From contig CBDCXL010000002.1 of the NCBI GenBank assembly GCA_965223795.1, positions 1,952,001-2,016,000 of the forward strand: a DNA stretch of 64,000 nucleotides. The letters run 5' to 3'. The translations under genes were made by a program, and so were the position numbers. Below, piece after piece: positions 37,520-49,499 of this stretch; within the stretch, counting starts at the first letter, position 1, and each line of letters opens with the position of its first letter. The notes beneath the pieces are model-generated. The model was given only the letters and a program-made list of their open reading frames with translations. It made no database searches and had not been told where the DNA came from. The stretch comes from Nitrospinales bacterium (GTDB taxonomy: Bacteria > Nitrospinota > Nitrospinia > Nitrospinales > VA-1).

Positions 37520-37548
37520 ATCATAGTTTCTGGAGCTTTTTTTTTCAA
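37520..37548 (-). promoter_or_regulatory. Putative sigma70 promoter upstream of hpt and the cytochrome genes
   Basis: TTGAAA-N17-TATGAT containing an A9 run. Confidence 0.55.
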
Positions 37549-37587
37549 TACTTGTAATGCATTCATGGACGCCGATGCCTGCGCGAT

Positions 37588-38871
37588 TCATTCTCCTGTG
37601 TGGTGGAACCGGGTGGCGTCTTTTTGCGCAGGTTTTTTGAGGCTGAACCGGGTTTCAAAATCCAGCAGCAGATCCAGCCAGTCTTCCAGCAGGCGCGTCA
37701 TCAGGTATCTGTCTTTCACGGACTGCTGGGCGGCTTTTCCCATTCGGGCGCGCAGGCTGTCGTCCTTCAGCACCTGAACGATGCGCTCGGCGGCGTCGTC
37801 CACCGAATCCACGAGAAAACCGCTGACCTCGTTTTCGATCTGCAGCGGGATGCCGCCCACGTTGCCGCCGATCACCACGGCCTGTTTCCACATGGCCTCG
37901 GTGACGGTCAGCCCAAAACCTTCGCGCAGGGATTTCTGCAACACCACATGCGATTTTCTCTGCAAGGCGTTGACCAGCGAGGTGTCCTGCCGCGCCAGGA
38001 TGACGATGCGTTCGTCCTGCTCCCCCAGAAGCGATTCGTACACTTCCTGTCCTTCCGGATCGTCGCTGGCCATGTCGCCAAGCAGCACGAGGGTGGCGTC
38101 CACTTGCTTGCGGGCCTTTTTGAACGCCTGGATCACGCCGAGGGGATCCTTGAAGCGGTCGAAGCGGGAAATCTGCGTCACGATCGGAAGGTCCGTGGGA
38201 ATGCCGTAGTGATTCAGCCGCTCATCGATTTCTGTGTCCGAGAGGGGCAGGTTTTTGATGATGAACGGATCGATGGCGGGGCGGAAGTAGCGGGTCGGGA
38301 TGTCGAGCTTCACGCCCTGTTTTTTTGTGAAAATGCCGGCGTCGTACCGGTGGATCGCGGGTTTTAAAAAATCCCAGACAGAAGGTTCCGGTTCGGTCAG
38401 ATCCAGATGGCAACGCCAGATCCAGGGGCCGGTTTTCTGGTAATGGTGGATCAGAAACAGCGGCTGCGGATCGTGAACGACCACGAAATCCGCTTTGAGA
38501 TCCATGCGAATGGAATTTTCGTGGGTCGTGTGCTCGTAAATTTCTTTTTTCAGTTCGGTCATGTGGATCGAGTGACCCTGCAGCGCGTTGTGGAATTTTT
38601 TCGTCAAAGAAAAGAAGTCGCCGCTGCCAAACAGCAGGCGCCAGTCCGTGCGGATGCCCACTCCGTTCATCAGCAGGACCAGTGAGGACAACAGCTCGGC
38701 CACGCCGCCCCCAGAATAGGTGCTGTTGACGTGTATCAGTTTTTTGCCTTTGAGCGGTTCGGCTTTTTTCAGGATCCGGTCCACGGTTTCGTCGCCGACG
38801 AATTGCCGGTACTGGTTGATGTCGGTCCGCTGCTGAGTGTAAGAATGAAAGTCCTCGGGTTTCTGAAGCAT
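37588..38871 (-). CDS. treT: TreT-type trehalose synthase (GT4 glycosyltransferase)
   Basis: VNST.SGGGVAE, HDPQP, WRCH.D, SRFD.FKDP and REGFGLTVTEAMWK motifs. Confidence 0.88.
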   Translation of the reverse strand: MLQKPEDFHSYTQQRTDINQYRQFVGDETVDRILKKAEPLKGKKLIHVNSTYSGGGVAELLSSLVLLMNGVGIRTDWRLLFGSGDFFSLTKKFHNALQGHSIHMTELKKEIYEHTTHENSIRMDLKADFVVVHDPQPLFLIHHYQKTGPWIWRCHLDLTEPEPSVWDFLKPAIHRYDAGIFTKKQGVKLDIPTRYFRPAIDPFIIKNLPLSDTEIDERLNHYGIPTDLPIVTQISRFDRFKDPLGVIQAFKKARKQVDATLVLLGDMASDDPEGQEVYESLLGEQDERIVILARQDTSLVNALQRKSHVVLQKSLREGFGLTVTEAMWKQAVVIGGNVGGIPLQIENEVSGFLVDSVDDAAERIVQVLKDDSLRARMGKAAQQSVKDRYLMTRLLEDWLDLLLDFETRFSLKKPAQKDATRFHHTGE

Positions 38872-39045
38872 AAATGACCTTTGTCTGGATGAACGGTTTC
38901 TGAAGGGGGCCGCATGGGAGCGGCCGCACCTTGCCAGATTCGTTTAATGGGGTAAAACCCGTTATTATATCCAAACCCATGCAGAAGACAATCGTTCCCA
39001 CTTCAATTTGAAGCGTTGTGTGACAGGATCCGCGGTGTTGAGGAT

Positions 39046-42000
39046 TCAGGGGGATTCAGGCTCGGTGAGCAGCGCCAGGGGCAAAAACGAAAACACGTCC
39101 CTGACCGGCAGCCGCACGGTTTCGCCATCGGGGAAAAGAGAGTGGTGCTTGTGGGTGAACAGATCGAAAAGACGGCTTCGTTCCTGAAATGCCGGGGGCA
39201 GTACAATTGCGGTGTCTTTCCACACCGATTCGCCGACCGGCCATTTGAGGTCCGGCTCCATCAGGCCGGCTGCCAGCCGGGGAACCGCCGTCAGGCTGAA
39301 CTGCTGGTTGTGCTGGCGCAAAAAAGCAATGACGTGGTCGGCGCGTTCTCCCTCCACCTGCAAGGGGAGATAATCCCCCTGTAAAAACAGGGCAGGCATC
39401 CGCCTGCGGAAACGCAGTCCGCAGACCGTGACGAACAGCTTGATGCGGCCGTCCCACCAGTCGTTGAGCAGCGCGAACACCGCCGAAAGGTGGCGGGCCG
39501 GATCGGACGCGGGCGCGTCGAACAGGGGTCCCATCTCTTCAAGGTACCGCCGGCGGCGGTCAAAATCGACGGGATTGCGGTTGTCCGGATCGACGAGGCT
39601 GAGATCCCACAGCTCCGAACCCTGAAAAAAATCCGGGATTCCAGGAGACGTGATCTTGAGCAGCACCTGGGCGAGGGAATTGACGACGCCCATTTTCGCG
39701 ATGCGTTCCTGAAACGGCAGGAAGGAATCGAAAAAACGGTTCGACTTTGCGGGCGCCAGGGTCTTCTCGATGAATTTGGTGAGGGCCGCATCGTAGGCCT
39801 CGTTGGGGTTGATCCAGCTGGTCTGGGTCTTGGCTTCCTTGGCGGCTTTGTGCATGTAGGTCAGAAGCCGTTCGATCAGCCGGTCTCTGGAAACCGTTTC
39901 CGCCGGGCCGGGGGGCCACATGCCGACGAGGGTCTGATAGAACAGGTATTCGACGTTGCGGTCGGGGACGTGCACGTCGTCCACCAGCGTGCGCTTGCCG
40001 CGGTTGATCAGCGACCAGCGTCGCAGCGCCTTGCGCCAGTCTTCCGGGATCTCCGAGAGGACGTTCAGCCGCGCGCGCACGTCTTCGCCGCGTTTGTGAT
40101 CGTGGGTGGCGGTGGCGGTGAGGGTCTTGGGCCAGAGTTTCTGCCTGCGTTTGTTTCTGTTGTGAAACAGCGAAGGCGTCACCCCGAAGCGCTGCGGCCG
40201 TCCGCCCACTTCGTTTAAGGAAAGCAGGCGGTTGTAGCGGTAAAAGGCGGTGTCCTCCAGGCCTTTGGCCTGCACCGGGGCGGTGAACTGCTGCAGTTTC
40301 ATGATGAAGTCCCGGCGTTTTTCTATCTGGTCGTGGGTCAGCCCATCATGGGAAAGCGGCAGCAGAACGGTTTTTAAAAAATCAAAAATGGTGGGTTCGA
40401 GAACCGGATTTCTGCGGCGCGCACGGGCGATGGATTTTTCCAGCGTTTCGCGGTCGCCCGGATCGATGCCGGAAGCGTCGACATAAGTCCGGTAGATGGG
40501 AAAGCAGGCGACGGTTTCGGTGAGGGCTTCGCGCAGACTGTTCAGAGTGAAGTCGCGGGAATGCCGGTCCTCTTCGGAAATCTGGTTGAGCGCGCGCACG
40601 AGCACATTGAGTTCGCTGGTGAGCGCGGTCTGGATGATGAGCTTTTTGCTCTGGTACACGATTTCACTGAAGTGAGCGGTGTTGCCGGTGTAACGCGCAT
40701 AGATTTTGCTGAATTCGTTTTCCCGGCTGGAGTCGACGAACAGTCCGTTCACCTCGTTCATGAAATCGTAACCGGAGGTGCCGTGGATGGACCAGTGATC
40801 GGGAAGGGATTCCCCCCCGGTGAGGATCTTTTCCGCGACCAGGTACAGCGGGCGCACAACCGGACCCTGCGGGTCGCTTTCCTTCTCTTTTTTTCGCCAT
40901 TGCGCGACCAGGTCGCGGAACGTGGCGTCTTCCAGCGAGGCCAGTTTGCCGCCGTGAGCCGTGTGCTCGAGCAGCACCGCTTCCTGCAGCCGGTCGAAAT
41001 AGGCGTTGGGATTGAACAGTCCGTCAGGATGGTCCAGCCGCAGCCCGGTTATCTTGCCTTCGCCGATCAGGCGCACGATCAGGGCGTGGGTTTTTTCGAA
41101 CACCTGCGGCAGTTCCATGCGGATGCCGGCGAGGTGGTTGATGTCGAAAAAACGCCGGTAATTGATTTCGTGCGCCGCGGTGCGCCAGTTCGACAACCGG
41201 TAGACCTGTTGCTCCAACAGTTCGTGCAGCAGATCGAAGCTTTCCGGCTGCCCTGGAATTCCGTTTAACCGGCGCACGTTTTGCAGGACGTGTTCGCGAA
41301 CGGGTACGGATTCGTTCATCAACCGTTTCAGGCGTTCGCGGCTCACGCCTTTTTCGCGTGTGCGCGCTTCGATTTTTTCTATATCCCTTTCCAGCGGAGA
41401 GGGAAGATTGCGGAGCGCGGTGAGGATGCTTAAAAATTCCTGCAGGTGCGGGTCGTCTTCCGGCAATTCTTTTTTCAGGGCATCGAGATCGTGAGAAAGG
41501 ATGAGGGGAATCGACCGGGGGTTGAGGGGCAGGTGATGGTCAAAATATTCTATGTGAAACCCGCCTTCATCCGTTTTCAGATCCAGTTCCCCGCGGTCCA
41601 GAACCACGCCGTACTGGTCGCCCAGAATCGGCAGCAGGATTTTGCCTTTCAGCTCGGCTTTGCCGGGATTCCAGTCGATGTCGAATGCGTCGGCGTGCGG
41701 GGAGCACTGCCCGTTTTCCAGCACGTCCTGCCACCATTGATTTTCAAAACTGATGCCCATGTGATTGGGCACGAAATCGAGGATGTGCCCCATTTTCAGG
41801 CGGGAAAGTTCTTCCACGAACCGGTTCAGACCGGGCTCGCCGCCCAGCTCCGGGTTGATGCGGGTGTAGTCGGTGATGTCGTACCCGTGCGGGGAATCCT
41901 TGCCGGCGGCGAGGTAAGGCGAGGCGTAGCAATGGGTGACGCCGAGCGCCGCCAGGTAGGGAACGATGGAACAGGCCTGGTCGAAATCGAACTGTCTGTT

Positions 42001-42114
42001 GAGCTGCAAGCGGTAGGTGCTCAGGGGAAAGCGCGATTTTTCCGCAAGCGCCTGCTTGACGCTTTCAAGCTGATCCTTGAATGGAGTGATGTTTTTTCCC
42101 GGTCGAATGTTCAT
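39046..42114 (-). CDS. treY: Malto-oligosyltrehalose synthase
   Basis: STYRLQL, INYRRFFDIN, GLRLDHPDGL, THDHKRGEDVRAR and LVDPDNR motifs. Confidence 0.95.
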   Translation of the reverse strand: MNIRPGKNITPFKDQLESVKQALAEKSRFPLSTYRLQLNRQFDFDQACSIVPYLAALGVTHCYASPYLAAGKDSPHGYDITDYTRINPELGGEPGLNRFVEELSRLKMGHILDFVPNHMGISFENQWWQDVLENGQCSPHADAFDIDWNPGKAELKGKILLPILGDQYGVVLDRGELDLKTDEGGFHIEYFDHHLPLNPRSIPLILSHDLDALKKELPEDDPHLQEFLSILTALRNLPSPLERDIEKIEARTREKGVSRERLKRLMNESVPVREHVLQNVRRLNGIPGQPESFDLLHELLEQQVYRLSNWRTAAHEINYRRFFDINHLAGIRMELPQVFEKTHALIVRLIGEGKITGLRLDHPDGLFNPNAYFDRLQEAVLLEHTAHGGKLASLEDATFRDLVAQWRKKEKESDPQGPVVRPLYLVAEKILTGGESLPDHWSIHGTSGYDFMNEVNGLFVDSSRENEFSKIYARYTGNTAHFSEIVYQSKKLIIQTALTSELNVLVRALNQISEEDRHSRDFTLNSLREALTETVACFPIYRTYVDASGIDPGDRETLEKSIARARRRNPVLEPTIFDFLKTVLLPLSHDGLTHDQIEKRRDFIMKLQQFTAPVQAKGLEDTAFYRYNRLLSLNEVGGRPQRFGVTPSLFHNRNKRRQKLWPKTLTATATHDHKRGEDVRARLNVLSEIPEDWRKALRRWSLINRGKRTLVDDVHVPDRNVEYLFYQTLVGMWPPGPAETVSRDRLIERLLTYMHKAAKEAKTQTSWINPNEAYDAALTKFIEKTLAPAKSNRFFDSFLPFQERIAKMGVVNSLAQVLLKITSPGIPDFFQGSELWDLSLVDPDNRNPVDFDRRRRYLEEMGPLFDAPASDPARHLSAVFALLNDWWDGRIKLFVTVCGLRFRRRMPALFLQGDYLPLQVEGERADHVIAFLRQHNQQFSLTAVPRLAAGLMEPDLKWPVGESVWKDTAIVLPPAFQERSRLFDLFTHKHHSLFPDGETVRLPVRDVFSFLPLALLTEPESP

Positions 42115-42193
42115 GTTGCCTGGACCCCCTTGGGCACATTCTTTCGTATCCTCGCCGTTCCGTCAAGGGTGCAGGGTCAAAAGCGGCGGGTTG

Positions 42194-44046
42194 TCACGCC
42201 GTGCGAACAACCAGCGTGCAGGGGCCGTGAAATTCCAGATTGAGGTTCCGGTTTTCAGGATCGATGCGGGGAGGCACAGGAGTCGACGCGAAACGGCCTT
42301 CCTCGGAATGCAGCACAACGGAATTTTCCTGCGAGAAAACGCCGCTGTGCGCGATGCGGACGGTTTGCGGGCCTTTAAAACAGGCGGCGATCGTCAGGTC
42401 AGAACCGTTCTTTGCGGTTCGCTTGAGAATGAGTGCGTCATTCTGGACATCCCAATCGAGTTGCGCATCGGGCGCAAAGCAGGGTTCGTTCTTTCTAAGA
42501 GTGAGCAGCGCCTGATACAAACGCAGGACACCCGCATGCGGTTCGTTTTCGGGTTCCAGCCAGTCGAGTCTGCTTTTGTCAAACGTCTGCACCGCCTGCG
42601 GATCGGGAATGCGGCTGCGTGCGTCCGCATCATGAAATGCCTTAAACTGCATGAATTCCCGCCTGCGGCCGCGGGTCACTTTTTTGCCCAGATCCTCCGG
42701 ATGGTCGGTGAAAAAACAGAACGGCGTCCCGGCGGCCCATTCCTGCCCCATGAACAGAAGCGGCGTCGCGGGGGACAACAAGAACCAGGCGCTGAGCGCA
42801 CGGTACACCGAAAGGTCGATCTTGAAGTTCAGCCGGTCGCCGTGCGCCCGGTTGCCCACCTGATCGTGGTTCTGGATGCAGTGCACGAAGCGCATGAGGG
42901 GAATGGCATCGGTTTTTGTGCCGCGCGTTTTGTTCCTGTGCTCGGAATGCTGTCCTGTGTAATACCAGCCCTGCCGCGCTGTTTTGAGCAGGTCTTCCGG
43001 CGTGCCGGAAAAATCGCGGAAGTAGCCGTCGTCGTCGCCCGCGGTCAGGCGGCGGACCTGATGGTGGAAATCGTCCGCCCACACCGCGTCCAGTCCGTAA
43101 CCGCCTTCGTCTGCGGGGCGGATGATGCGGTGGTCGTTGTCGTCGTCTTCGGCGATGAGCAGGGCGGGGCGGGAGGTTCGACCGCGGGCGTGCACGGTTT
43201 GCGCCAGCTCTTTTAGAAAATGCGTCGGGCTGTCGTCGACGATGGCGTGGGTGGCGTCGAGGCGCAGCCCGTCGATGTGGTACTCGTGAATCCAGTGGAG
43301 CGCGTTCTCGATGAAAAACGCGCGCACGTGATTTGAAGCCTTGCCGTCGAAGTTGATGGCGTCACCCCACGGGCTCTTGTGGCGTTTGGTGAAGTAGTCG
43401 GATGAGAAAGCGCCCCAATAGGCGCCATCGGGCCCGAAGTGGTTGTAGACCACATCCAGCAGCACGCCGAGTCCAAGCGCATGCGCGGCGTCCACCAGTT
43501 GTCTCAGAGCGTCGGGCGCGCCGTAGCAGCGGGCCGGGGCGAACAGATCGACGCCGTCGTAGCCCCAGTTGCGCTGGCCGGGAAAATCCGCCACCGGCAT
43601 CAGCTCGACGGCAGTGGCGCCGAGGTGTTTGATCCATTCGAGTTTCTGTTGAACGCCGGTAAAATCGCCGTCCGGGTGGAAAGTGCCGACATGCAGTTCG
43701 TAAATGACCAGGTTTTCCAGTTCGAGCCCTTGCCAGTGCGCGTCGGTCCAGGCGAATTGCGCCGGGTCCACCACCTGCGAGGGACCGTGCACGCCTTCGG
43801 GCTGGTAACGCGATGCGGGGTCGGGATGGGCCGGGCCGCCGTCGAGACGGTAACGATAACGGTCGCCCGGTCTGACATCGGACCGGGTGCAGGAAAAGTA
43901 CCCTTCTTTTTCGGGCTGCATGGGATGGACGGCCTCCGCGTCGCTGCCGGCATGCAGGATGAGATCCAGCGAGCGCGCCTGCGGCGCCCAGACCCGAAAG
44001 CGGGTGCCGCCGTCCGCCGGAAACGCCCCCAGCGCGGGCCGGTAGC

Positions 44047-44050
<4 letters not shown>
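42194..44050 (-). CDS. treZ: Malto-oligosyltrehalose trehalohydrolase
   Basis: FRVWAP, YELHVGTF, NWGYDGV, GLRLDATHAI and QNHDQVGNR motifs; ATGA overlap with glgX. Confidence 0.95.
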
Positions 44051-46176
<2,126 letters not shown>

Positions 46177-46228
46177 CACCTCTTGCGGAGGGCCGGGGGA
46201 AGCAGGATCATGAAGGACTCCTCAAAGG

Positions 46229-46741
46229 TCAGTAAACGGGGTTGTGAAAATAATACAGGGCGTCGTCTCCGGGATTGATGCTGTAATCCGGCAGGCTGGA
46301 ACAGTGCTCCAGAGCGATTTTCCAGGACCGGTTGTCTTTTTGAAACACATAGCTGCACACGCTGTGTTGCCTTTCGTCGGTGTCGGTGCTTTTGGAGGTG
46401 ATGCTTGAAATTTCATCCACCAGGAGAAATCCGACTTTGTCTCCTATTCTACCCGAGAGCACCTGCCGCTGGGTCTTGCATTCCATGCCCCTGAACTCGG
46501 ACATCATCTGCCGGTACCCCTCGATCCGGTTTTCCAGAAGATACCGTTTATCGTCGGCCAGGATCACCTGCTTGGGAGCGTAGTGGTCGCTGATTTTTTC
46601 GGGCTGCGTGCAGACGAGCCCGTCGAGTTTCTTGAGGACTTCGCTCAAGGCTTCGGTATCGGCCGAAGCCTGCACACGAACAGGAGCGAGGGCCGTCAAT
46701 ACAATCCAGGTCAATGATAGTACTTTTGCCATGTGTTTCAC
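46229..46741 (-). CDS. Exported NTF2-like (SnoaL/DUF4440-type) protein
   Basis: Signal peptide; SYVFQK...WKIALEH.S C-terminal pattern of NTF2-like folds; four Cys. Confidence 0.65.
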   Translation of the reverse strand: MKHMAKVLSLTWIVLTALAPVRVQASADTEALSEVLKKLDGLVCTQPEKISDHYAPKQVILADDKRYLLENRIEGYRQMMSEFRGMECKTQRQVLSGRIGDKVGFLLVDEISSITSKSTDTDERQHSVCSYVFQKDNRSWKIALEHCSSLPDYSINPGDDALYYFHNPVY

Positions 46742-46816
46742 AATTCCAAATCCTCCGCAAGCGTCTCTATTTTAAATGGATTCATGAGTAATTTCCGGTG
46801 TTGCCTGTATCCCCTC

Positions 46817-48994
46817 TCAGGGGAAATTTTGAAAATAGATCTCCACGGTCTCGCCGTCGTGGGCCCAGCCGAACGTTCCCGTTCCCGCATAGGTTGTAAT
46901 GATCCCGTTGGTGTCGACTTTGCGGATGCGGTTGTTGCCCATGTCCGAGACGAACATGTTGCCTTTTTTGTCGAACGCGATGGCGGAAGGATTTTTCAGC
47001 ATGGCCTTTTCGGCCGGACCGCCATCGCCCGCGTATCCCTGGTAACCCTTACCCGCCACGGTGACGATGTTGCCGTCCTTGGTGATTTTGCGGATGATGT
47101 GGGTGTTGGACCCGACGATGTGCAGCTCGCCTTCCGGGCTCATCCTCAAAAAGTCCATCGAACGGATGCCGGCCTTGAGCGCCGGTCCGCCGTCGCCCGT
47201 GTCCTTGTGGTTGCCGTTGCCGGCGATGGTGGTCACGATGCCCTTGGTGTCGATTTTTCGGATCACGTTGTTCGCGGTGTCGGCGACGTACAGGTTGTCG
47301 TCCTTATCGACCGCGAGGGCGGACGGATCGCGGAACGCCGCCTGGTTGGCGGGACCGCCGTCGCCGGTGTAATCCGAATCTCCGTTGCCGGCGAAGTTGG
47401 TGATGTTGCCGTCGGTGTCGATTTTACGGATCTGGTGGTTCAAACGGTCGGAGATATAAAGATTGTCTTTGCTGTCGAAGACGATGTCGGAAAAATGCGT
47501 GATGAAGGCCAGGGCGCCGGTGGAAGCACGGCCCTTGAATTTCGCGGCCGAAAGCGATTCGACGTATTTGGGGTCCGACGATTCCAGATACAGGGTGATG
47601 ATGCCCTTGGTGTCGATTTTGCGGATCATGGCGACAAAACCCGAAGGACTCACCATGAACAACTCGCCCTTGCTGTTCAGATCGATGGAGGTGACGTGGT
47701 ACAGCGACGCGTCTTTTGCGGGACCGCCGTTGCCGACGTTGCCGCGGGTGCTGTTGCCGGCGATGGTCTGGATGATTCCCTGCGGGCTGATTTTGCGGAT
47801 GCGGTAGTGCCCCTTGTCGGAAAAGATCAGGTTGCCGTCCTTGTCCACGACCATGCCGTGCGGGAAATTCAGCACCGCTCCGGTCGCCGGTCCGCCGTCG
47901 CCGGCGAACTGCTTTTTGCCGTTGCCCGCCACGGTGGTGACTTTTCCCCGCTTGAGGTCGATGCGCCGGATGCGGTAATGCGAGCGGTCGATGACGAGAA
48001 GATTTCCGTCGGGCTCCACGGCGATGCCGAAGGGCAGGTGCAGGTTGGTGTCGCGGGCCAGCTCGGAATCGCCGTTGTAGTCCTGCTGGCCGGTGCCGGC
48101 GACGGTGCGGATCATGCCCTGCGTGTCGATCAGGCGGACGCGGTTGTTGTTGCGGTCGGCGACGTAGATGTTGCCCTGTTTGTCCACCGCCACATCGGTG
48201 GGGCCGGCGATGCTCGCCCTGTAGGCGGGCCCGTTGTCACCCATGAAGAAGAAGCCGCCGTCTCCGCCGACGGTGGTGATGATGCCGCTGGGGTTCACCT
48301 TGCGGACGCGGTTGTTGCCTCTGTCGGCGATGAACAGGTTGCCCTTGCCGTCGGTGGCAAGACCGAAGGGCCTGTCGACCCGAGCCTTGACCGCGGGTCC
48401 CGAGTCGCCGGAATAGCCGGTCTCGCCGTTTCCTGCGTAGGTGGTGATGATGCCGTTGGTGTCGATTTTGCGGACCCGGTTGTTGGTGCGGTCGGAGATG
48501 AAGATGTTGCCGTCTTTATCAAGCGCGATTCCGGAAGGCAGGTTGAGCTGTGCCTCGGCCGCCGGTCCGCCGTCGCCTTTGAATCCGGCTGTCCCGGTCC
48601 CTGCAATCGTTGTGATGATTCCCTGTTTGTCCACCTGGCGCACCACGTGGTTTTCCCGGTCGGCGATATAGACGTTGCCCTCATCGTCCACGGCGATGCC
48701 GGCGGGCGTCCTCAGTGTGGCTTTGACGGCGGGTCCGCCGTCGCCGGTGTAGCCCGCGGAGCCGGTGCCGGCGACCAGAGTCATGCGGCCTTTGTCGTCG
48801 ATCTTGTGGATGGTGTTGTGGGCCCTGCGGGAGAAGTAGATATTGCCCTTTTTGTCCACGGCGATGCCGTCGACCAGAGAGATGTTGGTGTCGGTCGCCC
48901 GCACTCCCTTGCCCCATGCGGAGGAAGCGAACAAGAGACCGGTCAGGATGACTGCTGTGTATGCAAAGAAAGCCTTGCGCCTGTTATCGAGCAT
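46817..48994 (-). CDS. Secreted NHL-repeat (teneurin-like) beta-propeller protein
   Basis: Signal peptide; about 12 repeats of P.GIAVD..GN.YIAD..N.RIRKID..GIITT.AG.G..G..GDGGPA. Confidence 0.92.
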   Translation of the reverse strand: MLDNRRKAFFAYTAVILTGLLFASSAWGKGVRATDTNISLVDGIAVDKKGNIYFSRRAHNTIHKIDDKGRMTLVAGTGSAGYTGDGGPAVKATLRTPAGIAVDDEGNVYIADRENHVVRQVDKQGIITTIAGTGTAGFKGDGGPAAEAQLNLPSGIALDKDGNIFISDRTNNRVRKIDTNGIITTYAGNGETGYSGDSGPAVKARVDRPFGLATDGKGNLFIADRGNNRVRKVNPSGIITTVGGDGGFFFMGDNGPAYRASIAGPTDVAVDKQGNIYVADRNNNRVRLIDTQGMIRTVAGTGQQDYNGDSELARDTNLHLPFGIAVEPDGNLLVIDRSHYRIRRIDLKRGKVTTVAGNGKKQFAGDGGPATGAVLNFPHGMVVDKDGNLIFSDKGHYRIRKISPQGIIQTIAGNSTRGNVGNGGPAKDASLYHVTSIDLNSKGELFMVSPSGFVAMIRKIDTKGIITLYLESSDPKYVESLSAAKFKGRASTGALAFITHFSDIVFDSKDNLYISDRLNHQIRKIDTDGNITNFAGNGDSDYTGDGGPANQAAFRDPSALAVDKDDNLYVADTANNVIRKIDTKGIVTTIAGNGNHKDTGDGGPALKAGIRSMDFLRMSPEGELHIVGSNTHIIRKITKDGNIVTVAGKGYQGYAGDGGPAEKAMLKNPSAIAFDKKGNMFVSDMGNNRIRKVDTNGIITTYAGTGTFGWAHDGETVEIYFQNFP

Positions 48995-49200
48995 GTTGTG
49001 CCTCTGGGTTGCTCTTCGCCCTTTTCCGAATCTTCTGCCGAAAAAGGGTTTCGGATGTCGGTATCGGTGATTAAAAATTTGGGGAACTCTGAAAATAGGG
49101 TGTTGATTTCGATTGCCGGCGGGCTCTCTGGTCGGGATTGCTTTAAGCCCAAACAGGATAGAGGCGCCTTCCAGAATGTTTTATAATTCAGAAAGTTCGG

Positions 49201-49312
49201 ACCGGAATGGCGAGAGGGCATGGTGCTGAAACCCCGCCGCGAAGATTTCCCGACCCGGACCCGTTGCATGATGACGGGAATGAAGCCGCACCACCCTCTG
49301 CATCCGGCTTCA
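49201..49312. ncRNA. Candidate structured RNA element (unassigned)
   Basis: Long imperfect stem CCGGAATG..GAGAGGG..TGGTGC / GCACCA.CCCTCT.GCATCCGG, inner TTCCCG/CGGGAA stem and an alternative TGAAGCCG/CGGCTTCA hairpin. Confidence 0.45.
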
Positions 49313-49358
49313 ATGGGGGGTCGCGCGGTCGTGTCCGTTGTCGTGCCTATAACGGTCG

Positions 49359-49386
49359 ATTATACGGCTGGGGGTAGTGATGTCAA
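49359..49386 (-). promoter_or_regulatory. Consensus sigma70 promoter pointing into the structured element and the NHL gene
   Basis: TTGACA-N16-TATAAT on the minus strand. Confidence 0.75.
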
Positions 49387-49499
49387 TTGGATTTTGATCT
49401 TGTATTTAAAGCGGTTCGCCCCTTCGAACCGGCGCGATTCCGGGCCTGCGTTTGACGGATGTGGGAAACCCGGCGCAATGGTGCTATGATGGTTTCACC

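Noticed and set aside
49201..49312. Cobalamin riboswitch upstream of the B12 enzymes
   Set aside because: The usual B12-box and core consensus sequences are not recognisable on either strand.
49207..49377. 56-aa ORF (MARGHGAETPP...RLYGWG) as a RiPP precursor for the radical SAM pair
   Set aside because: No RBS, it overlaps the structured element and a consensus antisense promoter, and no transporter, protease or RRE is nearby; not excluded without ribosome profiling.
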